DNA from: Acidobacteriota bacterium
Lineage (GTDB): Bacteria; Acidobacteriota; UBA4820; DSQY01
Direction: 5' to 3'
Assembly: GCA_049967655.1 (NCBI GenBank)
Contig: JBMFSH010000010.1
Coordinates: 22,430-86,429, forward strand
Length of the DNA stretch: 64,000 nt
The notes under the pieces are model-generated. The model was not told where the DNA came from and did no database searches. It saw only the letters and a list, made by a program, of their open reading frames with translations. This document shows, piece by piece, positions 1-11,852 of the stretch. Both the position numbers and the translations under genes were made by a program. The first letter of the stretch is position 1, and each line of letters opens with the position of its first letter.

Positions 1-2
1 GG

Positions 3-422
3 ATCAAGGATCTGATCAAGACCTCGGGCGGAAAGTACGTGGCCCCCCAGGCCATCGAGGCGGCCCTGGGAAGCGACCCCTACGTGGAGCAGATCGCGGT
101 GATCGGCGACGGGCGCCGCTTCATCTCGGCCCTCGTCGTGCCCTCCTTCCCCAACCTGGAGGAGTGGGCCCGAGCCCACGGGATCGAGGCCTCCTCCCGC
201 GAGGAGCTCGTGGGCCACCCCGAGGTGGCGGCCTTCTACCGCGAGCGGATCGACCGCCACAACGCCGGCGTGGCCCGCTTCAAGCAGGTCAAGAAGTTCA
301 CGCTCCTGCCCAAGGAGTTCACGCTGGAGGCGGGCGAGATCACGCCCACCCTCAAGGTGCGGCGCAAGCAGGTGCTGGCGCGCTACGAGCGGGAGATCGA
401 GGCCATGTACGCCGAGCCCTAA
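3..422 (+). CDS. AMP-dependent (long-chain) acyl-CoA synthetase, C-terminal fragment; 5' end lies outside the window
   Basis: Frame is open from the window edge. IKDLIKTSGGKYVAPQAIE ... GEITPTLKVRRKQV is typical of the FadD-like AMP-binding C-terminal domain. Confidence 0.8.
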   Translation: MKDLIKTSGGKYVAPQAIEAALGSDPYVEQIAVIGDGRRFISALVVPSFPNLEEWARAHGIEASSREELVGHPEVAAFYRERIDRHNAGVARFKQVKKFTLLPKEFTLEAGEITPTLKVRRKQVLARYEREIEAMYAEP

Positions 423-515
423 TCCTGGCCAAAGGGGCCCCCCCCTAAATGCGTTACACTGTCGGCGCCGACCCAGGATCGCGTCAGGCGGCCGGGTTCA
501 TGGGAGGATGCGAAG

Positions 516-1265
516 ATGTTCAAGCTCGTGTTGCTTCGCCACGGCGAAAGCGCTTGGAACCGCGAGAACCGCTTTACGGGATGGACCGACGTGGACCTCA
601 CCAGCCAGGGGGTGGCGGAGGCCGTCGAGGCCGGCCGGCTCTTGAAGGCGGAGGGCCTGAGCTTCGACGAGGCGTACACCTCCGTCCTCAAGCGCGCCAT
701 CCGCACGCTCTGGCTGGTTCTGGACGAGATGGATCTCATGTGGATTCCGGTGGTCCCCGACTGGAGGCTGAACGAGCGGCACTACGGCGCCCTGCAGGGG
801 TTGAATAAGGCGGAGATGGCCGAGCGGTTCGGCGAGGAGCAGGTGAAGATCTGGAGGCGGAGCTACGACGTGCGTCCCCCGGCCCTAGAGCCATCCGATG
901 AGAGGTTCCCGGGCAGAGACCCCCGCTATGCGGGGCTGGCCCAGAGCCAGATCCCCCTCACCGAGTGCCTGAAGGACACCGTGGCGAGGGTCGTCCCTTG
1001 CTGGGAACAGCGCATCGCCCCGCGCGTGCGGGAGGGACGGAGGCTCCTCGTGGTGGCCCACGGCAACAGCCTGAGGGCGCTCATCAAGCACCTGGACGGT
1101 ATGGGCGACGAGGCCATCGTGAACCTCAACATCCCCACCGGAATGCCCATGGTCTACGAGCTCGACGACGCTCTTGTTCCCCTGCGGCGCTTCTACCTGG
1201 GAGACCCGGAGAAGGTCCGCCAGGCCACCGAGGCCGTCGCCAGCCAAGGCAAAGCCCGCCGCTGA
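516..1265 (+). CDS. gpmA: 2,3-bisphosphoglycerate-dependent phosphoglycerate mutase
   Basis: [23 protein letters not shown] (RHGE phosphohistidine motif). Full length 249 aa. GGGAGGA Shine-Dalgarno (SD) 7 nt upstream. Confidence 0.93.
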   Translation: MFKLVLLRHGESAWNRENRFTGWTDVDLTSQGVAEAVEAGRLLKAEGLSFDEAYTSVLKRAIRTLWLVLDEMDLMWIPVVPDWRLNERHYGALQGLNKAEMAERFGEEQVKIWRRSYDVRPPALEPSDERFPGRDPRYAGLAQSQIPLTECLKDTVARVVPCWEQRIAPRVREGRRLLVVAHGNSLRALIKHLDGMGDEAIVNLNIPTGMPMVYELDDALVPLRRFYLGDPEKVRQATEAVASQGKARR

Positions 1266-1432
1266 TGCCCCGGGCCAGCCAAGGGGCCGGGGTGCAGGAA
1301 CCCAACGGTGGGTTCAGCCGCCCCCTTTCGATATGAACAAAGAGAAAGCCTGGGCGACTTTTCCACCGAGAGAGATGGGGTGAGTCCCGCAGGGCCGCCG
1401 GTGGAGGGAGTGGGCGCAAAGGAGGCGCGAAG

Positions 1433-3607
1433 ATGGGGCGGCTGCTGATCGTATCCAACCGGCTCCCGGTGACCGTCAAGGCCGAAGAAGAGGAGTTTCA
1501 GATCATCCCCTCCGCCGGAGGCCTGGCTACCGGCATGCGGGGACCGCACGAAAGCGCCAATTCCCTATGGATCGGCTGGCCGGGCGAGTTGCCGCGGTTG
1601 AGCGAGGCCCGCCGCGAGCAGTTGGAGCAGAGGCTCGCCGAGTTCCGGACGGTCCCCGTCTACCTGAGCCAGGCGGAGGTCAACCGCTACTACGAGGGCT
1701 TCGCGAACGGCGTCCTCTGGCCCCTCTTCCACTACCTCACGGACCGTGTGCGCAGCGATGCCTGGAGAGATTGGCAGGCCTACTCCGAGGTGAACGAGCG
1801 GTTCGCCCAGCGGGTGGCCGCCGAATACCGGCCCGGAGATACGGTATGGGTTCACGACTACCAGCTCTGCCTGGTGCCGGTCCTCCTCCGGCAGCTCGTG
1901 CCTGAGGCCCGCATAGGCTTCTTCCTCCACATCCCCTTCCCTTCGTCCGACGTGTTCCGCATCGTGCCCTGGCGGACGGAGATCCTGGAGGGCATCTTGG
2001 GCAGCGACCTGGTGGGCTTCCATACCTACCCCTACCTTCGCCACTTCAGCCGCTCGCTCAACCTCTTGCTGGGGGTGGAGCCCGACGGCGAAAGGCTCGT
2101 GTACGCCAACCGGGAGGTGCGCCTCGGCGTATTTCCCATGGGCATCGACGCGGCCAGGTTCTCCGCCCTCGCCCAAAACGCCGAGGTGGCGGCCGAGGTC
2201 AAGTCCATCCGGGAGGAGCTGGGAAAGCGCAAGCTCCTGCTCGGCGTGGACCGCCTGGACTACACCAAGGGACTCCCCGAACGCATGCTGGCGATGGAAC
2301 GGCTTCTGGAGCGGGAACCTTCGTGGAGGGGCAAGATCCGCTTTATCCAGGTGGTCGTTCCCTCCAGGACCAAGGTGGAATCCTACAAGGCCTTCCGCCG
2401 GAACCTCGACGAGCTCGTGGGGCGGGTGAACGGACGGTACGCCACCATTGACTCGGTGCCCATTCACTACCTCTTCCAGTCCGTGTCGGAGCACCAGCTC
2501 GTGGCGCTCTACCGCGCGGCAGACGTCATGCTCGTGACGCCGCTGCGGGACGGCATGAACCTGGTTGCCAAGGAATTCGTGGCTTCGCGATCGGACGGGG
2601 ACGGCGTTCTTGTCCTGAGCGAGTTCGCCGGGGCCGCCGCCGAGCTCGCCGAGGCTCTCCAGGTCAATCCGTACGACGCGGACGCGGCGGCCAGGGCCAT
2701 GTACCGGGCTCTGACCATGCCCAGGGAGGAGCGCCGGACGCGGATGGAGGCGCTTCAGAGGAGGGTGTTCACCTACGACGCCTACCGGTGGGCGGACACC
2801 TTCTGGAAAAAGCTCCAGGAGCCCCCCGCGGCCGAGGTGGACCGCATGCTCTCTCCCCCAGGCCTCATGCAGGAACTGGCCGCCCGCTTGCGCGCGGCGA
2901 AACGCCTGGTGCTCATCCTGGACTACGACGGGACCCTCGCGCCCTATGCCAGCTCGCCCCAGCTCGCCGAACCAGACGCGGAGCTAAAGCGCCTGCTCAA
3001 GGCCCTCGGATCCCGCCCAGGCACCTCGGTTCACGTCGTGAGCGGACGCTCCCGCGAGCTCATGAGCCGATGGTTTGGCCGATTGACGCTGGGGCTCCAC
3101 GCGGAGCACGGGTTCTGGTCCAGGCTCCAACCGGGGGGCGAGTGGAGGCCCCTGAAGGTGCGTGCTCTCGATTGGAAACGCCGGATCCTCCCGCTGATCG
3201 AGCTGGCGGCAACGCGGACGCCAGGCTCGCTGATCGAAGAGAAGACGGCGGCCATCACCTGGTACTACAGGATGTCCGATCCGGAGCTGGGGGCCCGCCG
3301 GTTCGAGGAGCTCAGGCTCCTGCTGGAGAAAGAGGCCAGCGGCCTGCCCCTGGAGGTGATGACCGGTCCCAAGTCTCTGGAAATCCGCGTGCGTGGCGTC
3401 CACAAGGGGGCGATCCTGGACCGCCTCGGGGCCAAGCAGGGGATCACACTGCTGGCCATGGGGGACGACGCGACCGACGAGGATCTCTTCGGAGCGCTCC
3501 CCCCGGGCGGTACCGCCGTGCACGTGGGCAGAGGGCCGAGCAGCGCGGCTTACCGGGTGGCCGACCCTGCCGCCGCACGGAGTTTTCTCGCCTCCCTCCT
3601 GGGGTGA
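1433..3607 (+). CDS. otsA: Bifunctional trehalose-6-phosphate synthase / trehalose-6-phosphatase (OtsA-OtsB fusion)
   Basis: N-terminal GT20 motifs ([31 protein letters not shown]). C-terminal HAD phosphatase motifs ([21 protein letters not shown]). AAGGAGG SD upstream. Confidence 0.9.
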   Translation: MGRLLIVSNRLPVTVKAEEEEFQIIPSAGGLATGMRGPHESANSLWIGWPGELPRLSEARREQLEQRLAEFRTVPVYLSQAEVNRYYEGFANGVLWPLFHYLTDRVRSDAWRDWQAYSEVNERFAQRVAAEYRPGDTVWVHDYQLCLVPVLLRQLVPEARIGFFLHIPFPSSDVFRIVPWRTEILEGILGSDLVGFHTYPYLRHFSRSLNLLLGVEPDGERLVYANREVRLGVFPMGIDAARFSALAQNAEVAAEVKSIREELGKRKLLLGVDRLDYTKGLPERMLAMERLLEREPSWRGKIRFIQVVVPSRTKVESYKAFRRNLDELVGRVNGRYATIDSVPIHYLFQSVSEHQLVALYRAADVMLVTPLRDGMNLVAKEFVASRSDGDGVLVLSEFAGAAAELAEALQVNPYDADAAARAMYRALTMPREERRTRMEALQRRVFTYDAYRWADTFWKKLQEPPAAEVDRMLSPPGLMQELAARLRAAKRLVLILDYDGTLAPYASSPQLAEPDAELKRLLKALGSRPGTSVHVVSGRSRELMSRWFGRLTLGLHAEHGFWSRLQPGGEWRPLKVRALDWKRRILPLIELAATRTPGSLIEEKTAAITWYYRMSDPELGARRFEELRLLLEKEASGLPLEVMTGPKSLEIRVRGVHKGAILDRLGAKQGITLLAMGDDATDEDLFGALPPGGTAVHVGRGPSSAAYRVADPAAARSFLASLLG

Positions 3608-3716
3608 TGGGGGATGATGGATGACAGATGATCGATGAAGGATGGGCGGCGGTTGCAGCCCTTCACTTTTAATTTTCTTATTCCCGTTCCGCCATCTGCC
3701 TGCCATTCGCTCACCG
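3603..3716 (+). repeat. Heptamer array (GATGNNN)x6 followed by a pyrimidine-rich 7-nt periodic arm
   Basis: GATG recurs at 3606, 3613, 3620, 3627, 3634 and 3641, exact period 7. From about 3662 the + strand turns pyrimidine-rich (TTCACTT TTAATTT TCTTATT ...). The array starts at the otsA stop codon. Confidence 0.75.
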
Positions 3717-3758
3717 GCACCGGAGGGGGCCCTGGGCACTGGAATTTCCTCCAGATTG

Positions 3759-3767
3759 TGTTATAAC
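3759..3767 (+). promoter_or_regulatory. Possible extended -10 promoter (TGtTATAAC) for the RRM-protein gene
   Basis: TG-n-TATAAC lies in a locally AT-richer patch about 230 nt upstream of the CDS. No good -35. By-eye match to the sigma-70 consensus only. Confidence 0.3.
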
Positions 3768-3995
3768 TATCCAAGGCCATGGGTGCCGAAGGATGTCTGT
3801 GGATGAAGCTTAGTGGTGCAAGTGGATCTCCGGCTCCCGTGCCTTTGGAGGCACGCCCCGATTCGTCCAGCGATTCATACGGTGTGGAAATGGTGCGGCG
3901 CCCCCCGCGGGTGCGGGGATGGGTGAAGCCGTGTTTGGCTTCGGCCGGTTCGGGACGGTCCGGTCGGAGAGAGCGGGTTTGAAAAGGGAGGTGTT

Positions 3996-4553
3996 ATGTC
4001 CGTCCGGCTGTTTGTAGGGAACCTCTCCTACGATGCGACTGAAGAGGAATTGAAGGCGCTGTTTGCCGCTGCGGGTCCCGTGGCCCACGTCCATCTTCCT
4101 AAGGACCGTGAAACGGGGAGGCCGAGAGGCTTTGCTTTCGTGGAGTTCCTTGAGAAATCGCAGGCGGAGGAGGCCATCAGGCGCTTCAATAACCAGGATT
4201 TCAAGGGCCGGCCCATGGTGGTCAACGAAGCCAGGGCCCGGGAGGCGGGCGCGGCTCCGCGCCCCTACGCGCCCAGACCCTTCTCGCCGCGTCCCTCGTC
4301 GCCGCGCCCCGACTGGAGCCCCGCTCCCGTGGGCGAGGAGGAGGAGGGGAAGCCCCGCGGCATCCGCAGGACCTTCGGCGGAGCGGAGAACGGCCCCCAC
4401 AAGAAGAAGCGCTACGATAAGGGCGAACGGGTTCCCAAGGGGCCCATCCGGGAACGCCACAGCGGCCGTTTGTACGACATCGACGACGCCGAGGATGACG
4501 TCGAGTGGGAAGGCGACGACATCGCCAGGCGCGCCGACGACGAGGAGGAATAG
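3996..4553 (+). CDS. RRM-domain RNA-binding protein with a long Pro/Arg-rich then acidic C-terminal tail
   Basis: RNP2 LFVGNL and RNP1 RGFAFVEF motifs. Strong SD GGGAGGTG. 185 aa. Confidence 0.88.
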   Translation: MSVRLFVGNLSYDATEEELKALFAAAGPVAHVHLPKDRETGRPRGFAFVEFLEKSQAEEAIRRFNNQDFKGRPMVVNEARAREAGAAPRPYAPRPFSPRPSSPRPDWSPAPVGEEEEGKPRGIRRTFGGAENGPHKKKRYDKGERVPKGPIRERHSGRLYDIDDAEDDVEWEGDDIARRADDEEE

Positions 4554-4557
4554 GCCC

Positions 4558-4911
4558 TCACTCGTCCTCGTCCCCCTCCTCCGGCTGGAGGAGGAAATCC
4601 TCGATGAGCTCGATCAGGGCATCCAGCCGCTGGATTCTCGTGGGGTCCGTCGCGCGGTTGGCCTGCACGGACAGGTAGCCGGCGATCTCCTCCCAGTCCT
4701 CTTCGGAGAAGGCCACCAGCAGCTTCCCGCCGCGCACCGCGACGGCCCTCAGCTCATCGGCGATTCCCAACTCCTCCCCGGCCTCCCTCAGCAGCGTGTC
4801 GCGCTCGCGGGGCGTCAACTCCATCTCGAGCTTCGGCGGCTCCTGGGGCACTTCGGTCTCGTCCACGGCTTCCGCACCTCCCGACGGGCCCCGGGTGGCA
4901 CCCCGAGGCAT
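4558..4911 (-). CDS. Hypothetical acidic protein (start codon uncertain)
   Basis: GC3-rich open frame convergent with the RRM gene, with stop codons 4 nt apart. No recognisable motif. An internal Met (MELTPRER...) is an alternative start. Confidence 0.5.
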   Translation of the reverse strand: MPRGATRGPSGGAEAVDETEVPQEPPKLEMELTPRERDTLLREAGEELGIADELRAVAVRGGKLLVAFSEEDWEEIAGYLSVQANRATDPTRIQRLDALIELIEDFLLQPEEGDEDE

Positions 4912-5106
4912 TCCGGTGTCATCTTATCTCCGGTAAGAATGGACCGTCCAGGATTCGCGCTGGCGCCGCGCCGGGGGAGTGAAAGGGTCCGTGGGCTCGC
5001 GAATCCTCGCCAGGGGGGCGGAATCGGGGAGGGAGCGTGCAGCTCGTAACGAATCTCTTCTCGGACGTTTCGCTGGCCCAGCTCGCTGGCCGCTCCTTTC
5101 ATCGAG

Positions 5107-5185
5107 GCTGGAGCTGAGCCGCGCAAGCAAGTGGCAGCAGCTCAAGGAGACGCAGGACGCGAGATGCAAGACGCAAAGGCGCGCT
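5107..5185 (+). repeat. 8-nt periodic purine-rich tract (CAAGGAGA CGCAGGAC GCGAGATG CAAGACGC AAAGGCGC)
   Basis: In-phase octamers upstream of tex, followed by CCCCAGT CCCCCAGT. More degenerate than the other arrays. Confidence 0.45.
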
Positions 5186-5309
5186 CCCTTCCCGGTCCCA
5201 TAGTGCCCCAGTCCCCCAGTCACACGCCTGCGAAATTCCCCTTCCGCCGTCCCTCTGCTATCCTATCGCGCGGCTCGCGTGGGCGGGCCGCCCTCTGGGA
5301 GCCGACGCC

Positions 5310-7586
<2,277 letters not shown>

Positions 7587-7683
7587 GCGCCCCCATGCAC
7601 CACGGCGCCGGGATGCGCCCTCCTCCGCTCCGCCCCGGAAGAGGTCCGCTCAAGAGCGGGCCGAACCCGTATTGGACCCAGGT

Positions 7684-7760
7684 GATAATGGATGATGGAT
7701 GATCGATTAGCAGCGACCATCCTTTCACTTTTTACTTTTCACTTCTATCCCCTCCCTTCC
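7684..7760 (+). repeat. Heptamer array GATAATG GATGATG GATGATC GATTAGC followed by a pyrimidine 7-nt periodic arm (TCACTTT TTACTTT TCACTTC TATCCCC TCCCTTC)
   Basis: GAT recurs at 7684, 7691, 7698 and 7705. The mirrored pyrimidine arm spans 7724-7758. Lies between tex and era. Confidence 0.7.
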
Positions 7761-7816
7761 AGCGCCCATTGTGCATCGAGCCCCATGCGAGGATACTGCA
7801 ACCATTGGAGGGACGC

Positions 7817-8704
7817 ATGCGCAGCGGCTTCGTGGCGGTGGTGGGGCGGACTAACGTGGGCAAGTCCACCCTGGTGAACGGCCTGGTGGGTGAGAAGGTG
7901 GCCATCGTGACCCCCAAGCCCCAGACCACGCGAAACGTCATTCGCGGCATACTGAACGAGGCGCGGGGACAGGTGGTCTTCCTCGACACCCCGGGGCTCC
8001 ACAAGCCTCGCACGAGGATGAACCAGACCATGGTGCGGCAAGCGCTGGAATCGGTGGAGGGGGTGGACGCCGTCCTCTGGATGGTTGATGCCTTGCATCC
8101 CTGGCAGGCCGAGGAGGAGCGGCTGGCCGCCCACCTGGGCGAGGCCGGCCGGCCGACGGTCGTGGCCGTGAACAAGATCGACACCCTCGGCTCGAGAGAA
8201 TCCGTGCTCCCCGTCCTGTCGGACCTGGCCGCGCGCCTGCCGGGATGCACGCTCTATCCGCTGAGCGCGCTGGATCCCTCGCACTTCCCCGGCTTGCTGG
8301 ATCTCCTCTTTCCGCTGCTGCCCGAAGGGGAGCCGCTCTTCCCCTCCGAGCTCTACACCGACCAGCCGGAGAGGCAGCTCGTGGCGGAGGTGGTCCGGGA
8401 GCACGTCTTCTCCCACACCTTCCAGGAGGTGCCCCACTGCGTGGGGGTGCTGGTGGAGAGCTTCGAGGAGGCGGCCCAAGAGGGGGGCAAGGTGACCCTC
8501 CACTGCGCCATTCTGGTGGAGCGAGAGAGCCAGAAGCCCATCCTCATCGGCAAGGGGGGACAGAACCTCAAGGCCATCGGCATGGGTGCGCGCAAGGAGC
8601 TCCAGCGCATCCTTGGCTGCGGCGTGGAGCTGAGGCTCTTCGTGAAGGTCAGGCCCGACTGGCGGGAGGACGCCTCCATCCTCCGCGAAATGGGACTGGC
8701 GTGA
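7817..8704 (+). CDS. era: GTPase Era
   Basis: SGFVAVVGRTNVGKSTLVN (G1), DTPG (G3), NKID (G4) and a C-terminal KH domain. GGAGGG SD lies 4 nt before the ATG at 7817. The ORF-track start at 7769 looks like an extension. Confidence 0.92.
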   Translation: MRSGFVAVVGRTNVGKSTLVNGLVGEKVAIVTPKPQTTRNVIRGILNEARGQVVFLDTPGLHKPRTRMNQTMVRQALESVEGVDAVLWMVDALHPWQAEEERLAAHLGEAGRPTVVAVNKIDTLGSRESVLPVLSDLAARLPGCTLYPLSALDPSHFPGLLDLLFPLLPEGEPLFPSELYTDQPERQLVAEVVREHVFSHTFQEVPHCVGVLVESFEEAAQEGGKVTLHCAILVERESQKPILIGKGGQNLKAIGMGARKELQRILGCGVELRLFVKVRPDWREDASILREMGLA

Positions 8705-8766
8705 GAATGGACGCTGGGAGACGACGAAGCAGGGAAGCAGGGCGAAGAGAACCGAAGGCACGGCGG
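8703..8766 (+). repeat. 8-nt periodic purine tract (… AAGCAGGG AAGCAGGG CGAAGAGA ACCGAAGG CACGGCGG)
   Basis: In-phase octamers directly after the era stop. The GAAGAG..GAAGGCACGG string resembles the arrays at 24177-24200 and 26345-26400. Confidence 0.5.
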
Positions 8767-8800
8767 GCTGCCCTCGAAGACGAGGCAGGCCCACCGTGCC
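8757..8800. terminator. Long imperfect GC hairpin between convergent era and cytochrome c genes (possible bidirectional terminator)
   Basis: GGCACGGCGGGCTGCCCTCG-AAGA-CGAGGCAGGCCCACCGTGCC. No U-tract on either side. Confidence 0.35.
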
Positions 8801-8832
8801 GTTGAGCGGTTGCGGCTTTCCGCTTAGTGGCC

Positions 8833-9267
8833 CTATTTTTCCTGACCCAACTTGCGGATGATGTCCTTGAGGGCCACCACCACCCCGGGCTTGTCCTTCA
8901 GGTCAGGGTTGGGGGCCATGGCCGCGCTCTTGCCCACGGCCGTACCGCCCTCCACGATGGCCTTCTCGATGGTTGCGTCCGAGGTGGCCTTCTGCCAGGC
9001 CTGGTTGTGGTAGTCCTGGGGCTTGGGGTTCAGGGCCACCGAGGCGGGTCCGTTCCCGCGTCCCTCCTGCCCGTGACAGACCGCGCAACGCGTCTTGAAG
9101 ATCTGGAGGGCCTCCGTGCGGTCCGCCGCCGTCACCGCCGCGCCGGAGGACGATCCACGGGCGGGGGAGGCCGATGCCCGGGAGCCTCCGCAGATGATCA
9201 GCACGAAAAGAGAGATGGCGGCAGCCACCGCCGCCGTTGTGATCCTCGCGCTGGAAGATGTTCGCAT
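8833..9267 (-). CDS. Class I c-type cytochrome, probably a lipoprotein or secreted
   Basis: Single CAVCH haem motif. N-terminal signal with a LIIC lipobox-like site. AAGGAGG SD upstream. Confidence 0.85.
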   Translation of the reverse strand: MRTSSSARITTAAVAAAISLFVLIICGGSRASASPARGSSSGAAVTAADRTEALQIFKTRCAVCHGQEGRGNGPASVALNPKPQDYHNQAWQKATSDATIEKAIVEGGTAVGKSAAMAPNPDLKDKPGVVVALKDIIRKLGQEK

Positions 9268-9500
9268 TCAAGTCCTCCTTAAACAGTCGTCAGAACTCGG
9301 ATGGCCGCCTGAACCAGGAACAAACGGGCGGCGGAACTCGGGAAGCTCACCGGCACCGCCTTTCGGAAGCGATGGCTGGAGCAGGTCCGCGTTGCCCTTG
9401 GGGGCGCAACGCCTATTCTCACTCAGAGAACAACCCTCTTAGGGGCACGATTATGCCCGCCGCGCTTGCCAAGGCGGCGGGAGGCCGTCCCGCCGCCGCC

Positions 9501-10757
9501 CTACGGAATCTCCACGGCCACCGGGCAGTACCGCTCCGGAGGCTGATCCGGGGTGATGAGCGGCGTGGCGCTGAGCCGAGGGAGGAAGCCGGCCAGGCGG
9601 CCCAACAGCACGAATTCGCCGACCTGGAGGTAGGAACATCCCTGGCGATCGCGGTGGGAGGATTCGGGACGCAGATAGGCCTGAACCACGGTATCGCCCC
9701 TGAGCAGGCCGTTCTGGACCGCCTCTAGCCACCGCTCGGGCGGAGTGAACCCTCCGGCCAGGACGCCCGAGCCCTCGTAGCCGCGGGCGGGCTTCAGGAT
9801 GAACTCCTCGGGCCGCCCGAGGACGAGGCTCTCCATCTCCGCCACCTTGCCGTTGAACTCCGTCTCCCCCCTCGCCAGCAGGCGCGTCCAAGGAACGGTG
9901 GCGGCCAGGCTGGCGCGCACCCTGTCCGGATAGAGATGAGCGAAGGCCGGGTCCGAGAGCAGCACGAAGAGGGTCTTGCTCCAGGCGGGGTCGGTGCGGA
10001 ACCCGCCCACGAAGCAGGCGGCGTCGCCGAGGTAGGCGTCAAGGAAGGGTCGCACCTGGTCCGCGCGGGCGAAGAGCTCCTCGCTCACGACGCGCCGGTA
10101 GACCAAGTCGATGGAGCCCGAGCGGCCCGCCAGCCGTCCATCCCTGACGCTCAGGCCCCGTGGGTCTTCGAGGGCGGCGGTAAAACCGCTCTCCGTGAAG
10201 AAGGCGGCCAGGGCCTCCTGCTCGGGGCGGGTCCCCACCTCCTCCCAGTCCACGATGGCGATGCGCGGCTTTTCGATGCCGCGCCGGTCCCACTGCCGGA
10301 AGCAGGAGAGGAGGGTCCGCAGCAGCTTCTCCTGAAGCGGCGCCTGTTCCGGGCTCCGGCCCGTCTCCCTGCGCCAGAGGGCGGAGAGGGCGGCGGCGTA
10401 GTGCCAGCCCGCCGTGCCGTCGGTGTTGAACTCCATGAAGTGGGGACCGTCCGGGAAGAGAAAGGAGTCCATGCGGCCGAGCGGAATGGCCGGCTGGTAG
10501 CCGGGCTCCTTGAGAATGCACTCCGTTTGCAGCGAGCCGTAGCCGAACAGCTCCCGGAGACTGGCGGTTTGGACAAAGGCCTCGGAGACGATCTCCGCCG
10601 CCCGCCAGAGCTGTTTCACGGCCTCGGTCAGGGTTCCCAGCGCCTCGCCGTCGATGTCAAAGGGAGCGCGGCTCACGGGCAGAGGACGGCCGCGGAAGGC
10701 GATCCCATTCTCTATCAGGAGTTCATCAGACCAGGGGTTGTCGAAGGATGAGGCCAT
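9501..10757 (-). CDS. ATP-grasp superfamily ligase (glutathionylspermidine-synthase-like or circularly permuted ATP-grasp-like)
   Basis: RMDSFLFPDGPHFMEFNTDGTAG and IDLVYRRVVSEEL resemble the pre-ATP-grasp and ATP-grasp signatures. Family assignment is from memory of motifs only. Confidence 0.45.
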   Translation of the reverse strand: MASSFDNPWSDELLIENGIAFRGRPLPVSRAPFDIDGEALGTLTEAVKQLWRAAEIVSEAFVQTASLRELFGYGSLQTECILKEPGYQPAIPLGRMDSFLFPDGPHFMEFNTDGTAGWHYAAALSALWRRETGRSPEQAPLQEKLLRTLLSCFRQWDRRGIEKPRIAIVDWEEVGTRPEQEALAAFFTESGFTAALEDPRGLSVRDGRLAGRSGSIDLVYRRVVSEELFARADQVRPFLDAYLGDAACFVGGFRTDPAWSKTLFVLLSDPAFAHLYPDRVRASLAATVPWTRLLARGETEFNGKVAEMESLVLGRPEEFILKPARGYEGSGVLAGGFTPPERWLEAVQNGLLRGDTVVQAYLRPESSHRDRQGCSYLQVGEFVLLGRLAGFLPRLSATPLITPDQPPERYCPVAVEIP

Positions 10758-10885
10758 CGCGCCTCCGGAGGGCCGCTCGCGCCACGCAGCCGTATACCAC
10801 GTTTGCCCCGTTCGCGTCCACGTCGCCGCGGTGCCAGAGATAAGGTGACTCGGGCCGAGGCAGCTGGAGATCCGGCGGAACGCTG

Positions 10886-11050
10886 ATGGATGGGACGATC
10901 ACGAGCACAACGCGCGAGCTGCAGGTAGTGCGCCTGGGAATCCTCTCCTGGGCACACTTCATGAACGACGGCTGCATCAACTACCTGCCGGGCATCCTCC
11001 CGCTTCTCCTGGAGCATTTGAAGGCGCCGCTGTCGCTGGCCAGCGCGGCG
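10886..11050 (+). pseudogene. N-terminal stub of an MFS (Fsr-like) transporter
   Basis: LGILSWAHFMNDGCINYLPGILPLLLEHLKAPLSLASAAG matches the first about 1.5 TM helices of Fsr-type MFS proteins. The frame then degenerates and runs into the SDR gene 3' end. Confidence 0.45.
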
Positions 11051-11114
11051 GGTCGGGGACGGGAGGCTTCCCAAACCGGCCGCCTAGGGCGGGAGCCGGC
11101 TCAAGGGACCGGCG

Positions 11115-11834
11115 TCAGTTGGAGATGAGTTGGTACAGGCCGCCGGGGGTGACGGCCGAGAGGAGGGCCAGCAGCACCCAGCGGCGCGGTACATAGGCCA
11201 CCTTCTGCTTCCGCTGGATGGCCCGGTAAATGCCCCGTGCCGCGGCGTCCGGCTGCACCACCCAGAACATGCCCTTGGCTCCCTTCGTCATGGCCGTGTG
11301 GACCCAGCCCGGCCGCACGTCGGTGACGGGGATGCCGAAGCGTGACAGGTTGAACCGCAGCCCCTCCAGGTAGTGGGACACGAAGGCCTTGGAGGCGTTG
11401 TAGGCCGGTACGGCGGCGCTGCCCCTCAGGGCCGCGATGGAGGAGATGCCGACGATGTGGCCGTGCTTCTGCTGATAGAAGAGACGCGCCGCCCATGAGG
11501 CGCAGGCGGTGAAGCCCAGGACGTTGGTCATCACGGTCTGGCGGTCGGGCTCCCAGGCGAGCTTGCGGTTGTGGGGGCTCACGCCCGCGTTGATGACCAT
11601 GCAGTCCAGGCCGCCGAGCTCGGCGACGAGCGCGTCGAGGTGGGCCGGGAGGTTCTCTGAATCCGTCACGTCGGCCGCACGGACCTTCACGGTGGGGCCC
11701 AGCTCCTCGGCCAGGGCGTTCAGAGCCGCCTGGTTTCGGGCCAGGAGGCCCAGCGTCCAGCCGTCTTTCGCCATGAGCTTGGCCAACTCTCGGCCCAGAC
11801 CCGCGCTGGCTCCTGTGATGATCGCTTTGGGCAT
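11115..11834 (-). CDS. Short-chain dehydrogenase/reductase (SDR)
   Basis: TGASAGLG Rossmann motif and YNASK catalytic motif. 239 aa. Confidence 0.88.
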   Translation of the reverse strand: MPKAIITGASAGLGRELAKLMAKDGWTLGLLARNQAALNALAEELGPTVKVRAADVTDSENLPAHLDALVAELGGLDCMVINAGVSPHNRKLAWEPDRQTVMTNVLGFTACASWAARLFYQQKHGHIVGISSIAALRGSAAVPAYNASKAFVSHYLEGLRFNLSRFGIPVTDVRPGWVHTAMTKGAKGMFWVVQPDAAARGIYRAIQRKQKVAYVPRRWVLLALLSAVTPGGLYQLISN

Positions 11835-11852
11835 GGCTTCCTCCCTACGTGA

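Noticed and set aside
4815-5126. Short ORF with a good GGAGAT SD starting at about 4922 on the minus strand, out of frame with the acidic-protein gene
   Set aside because: It encodes about 36 residues of Arg/Pro-rich sequence overlapping the start of the 4558-4911 gene, with no motif. I kept it only as a reason for low confidence in that gene's start.
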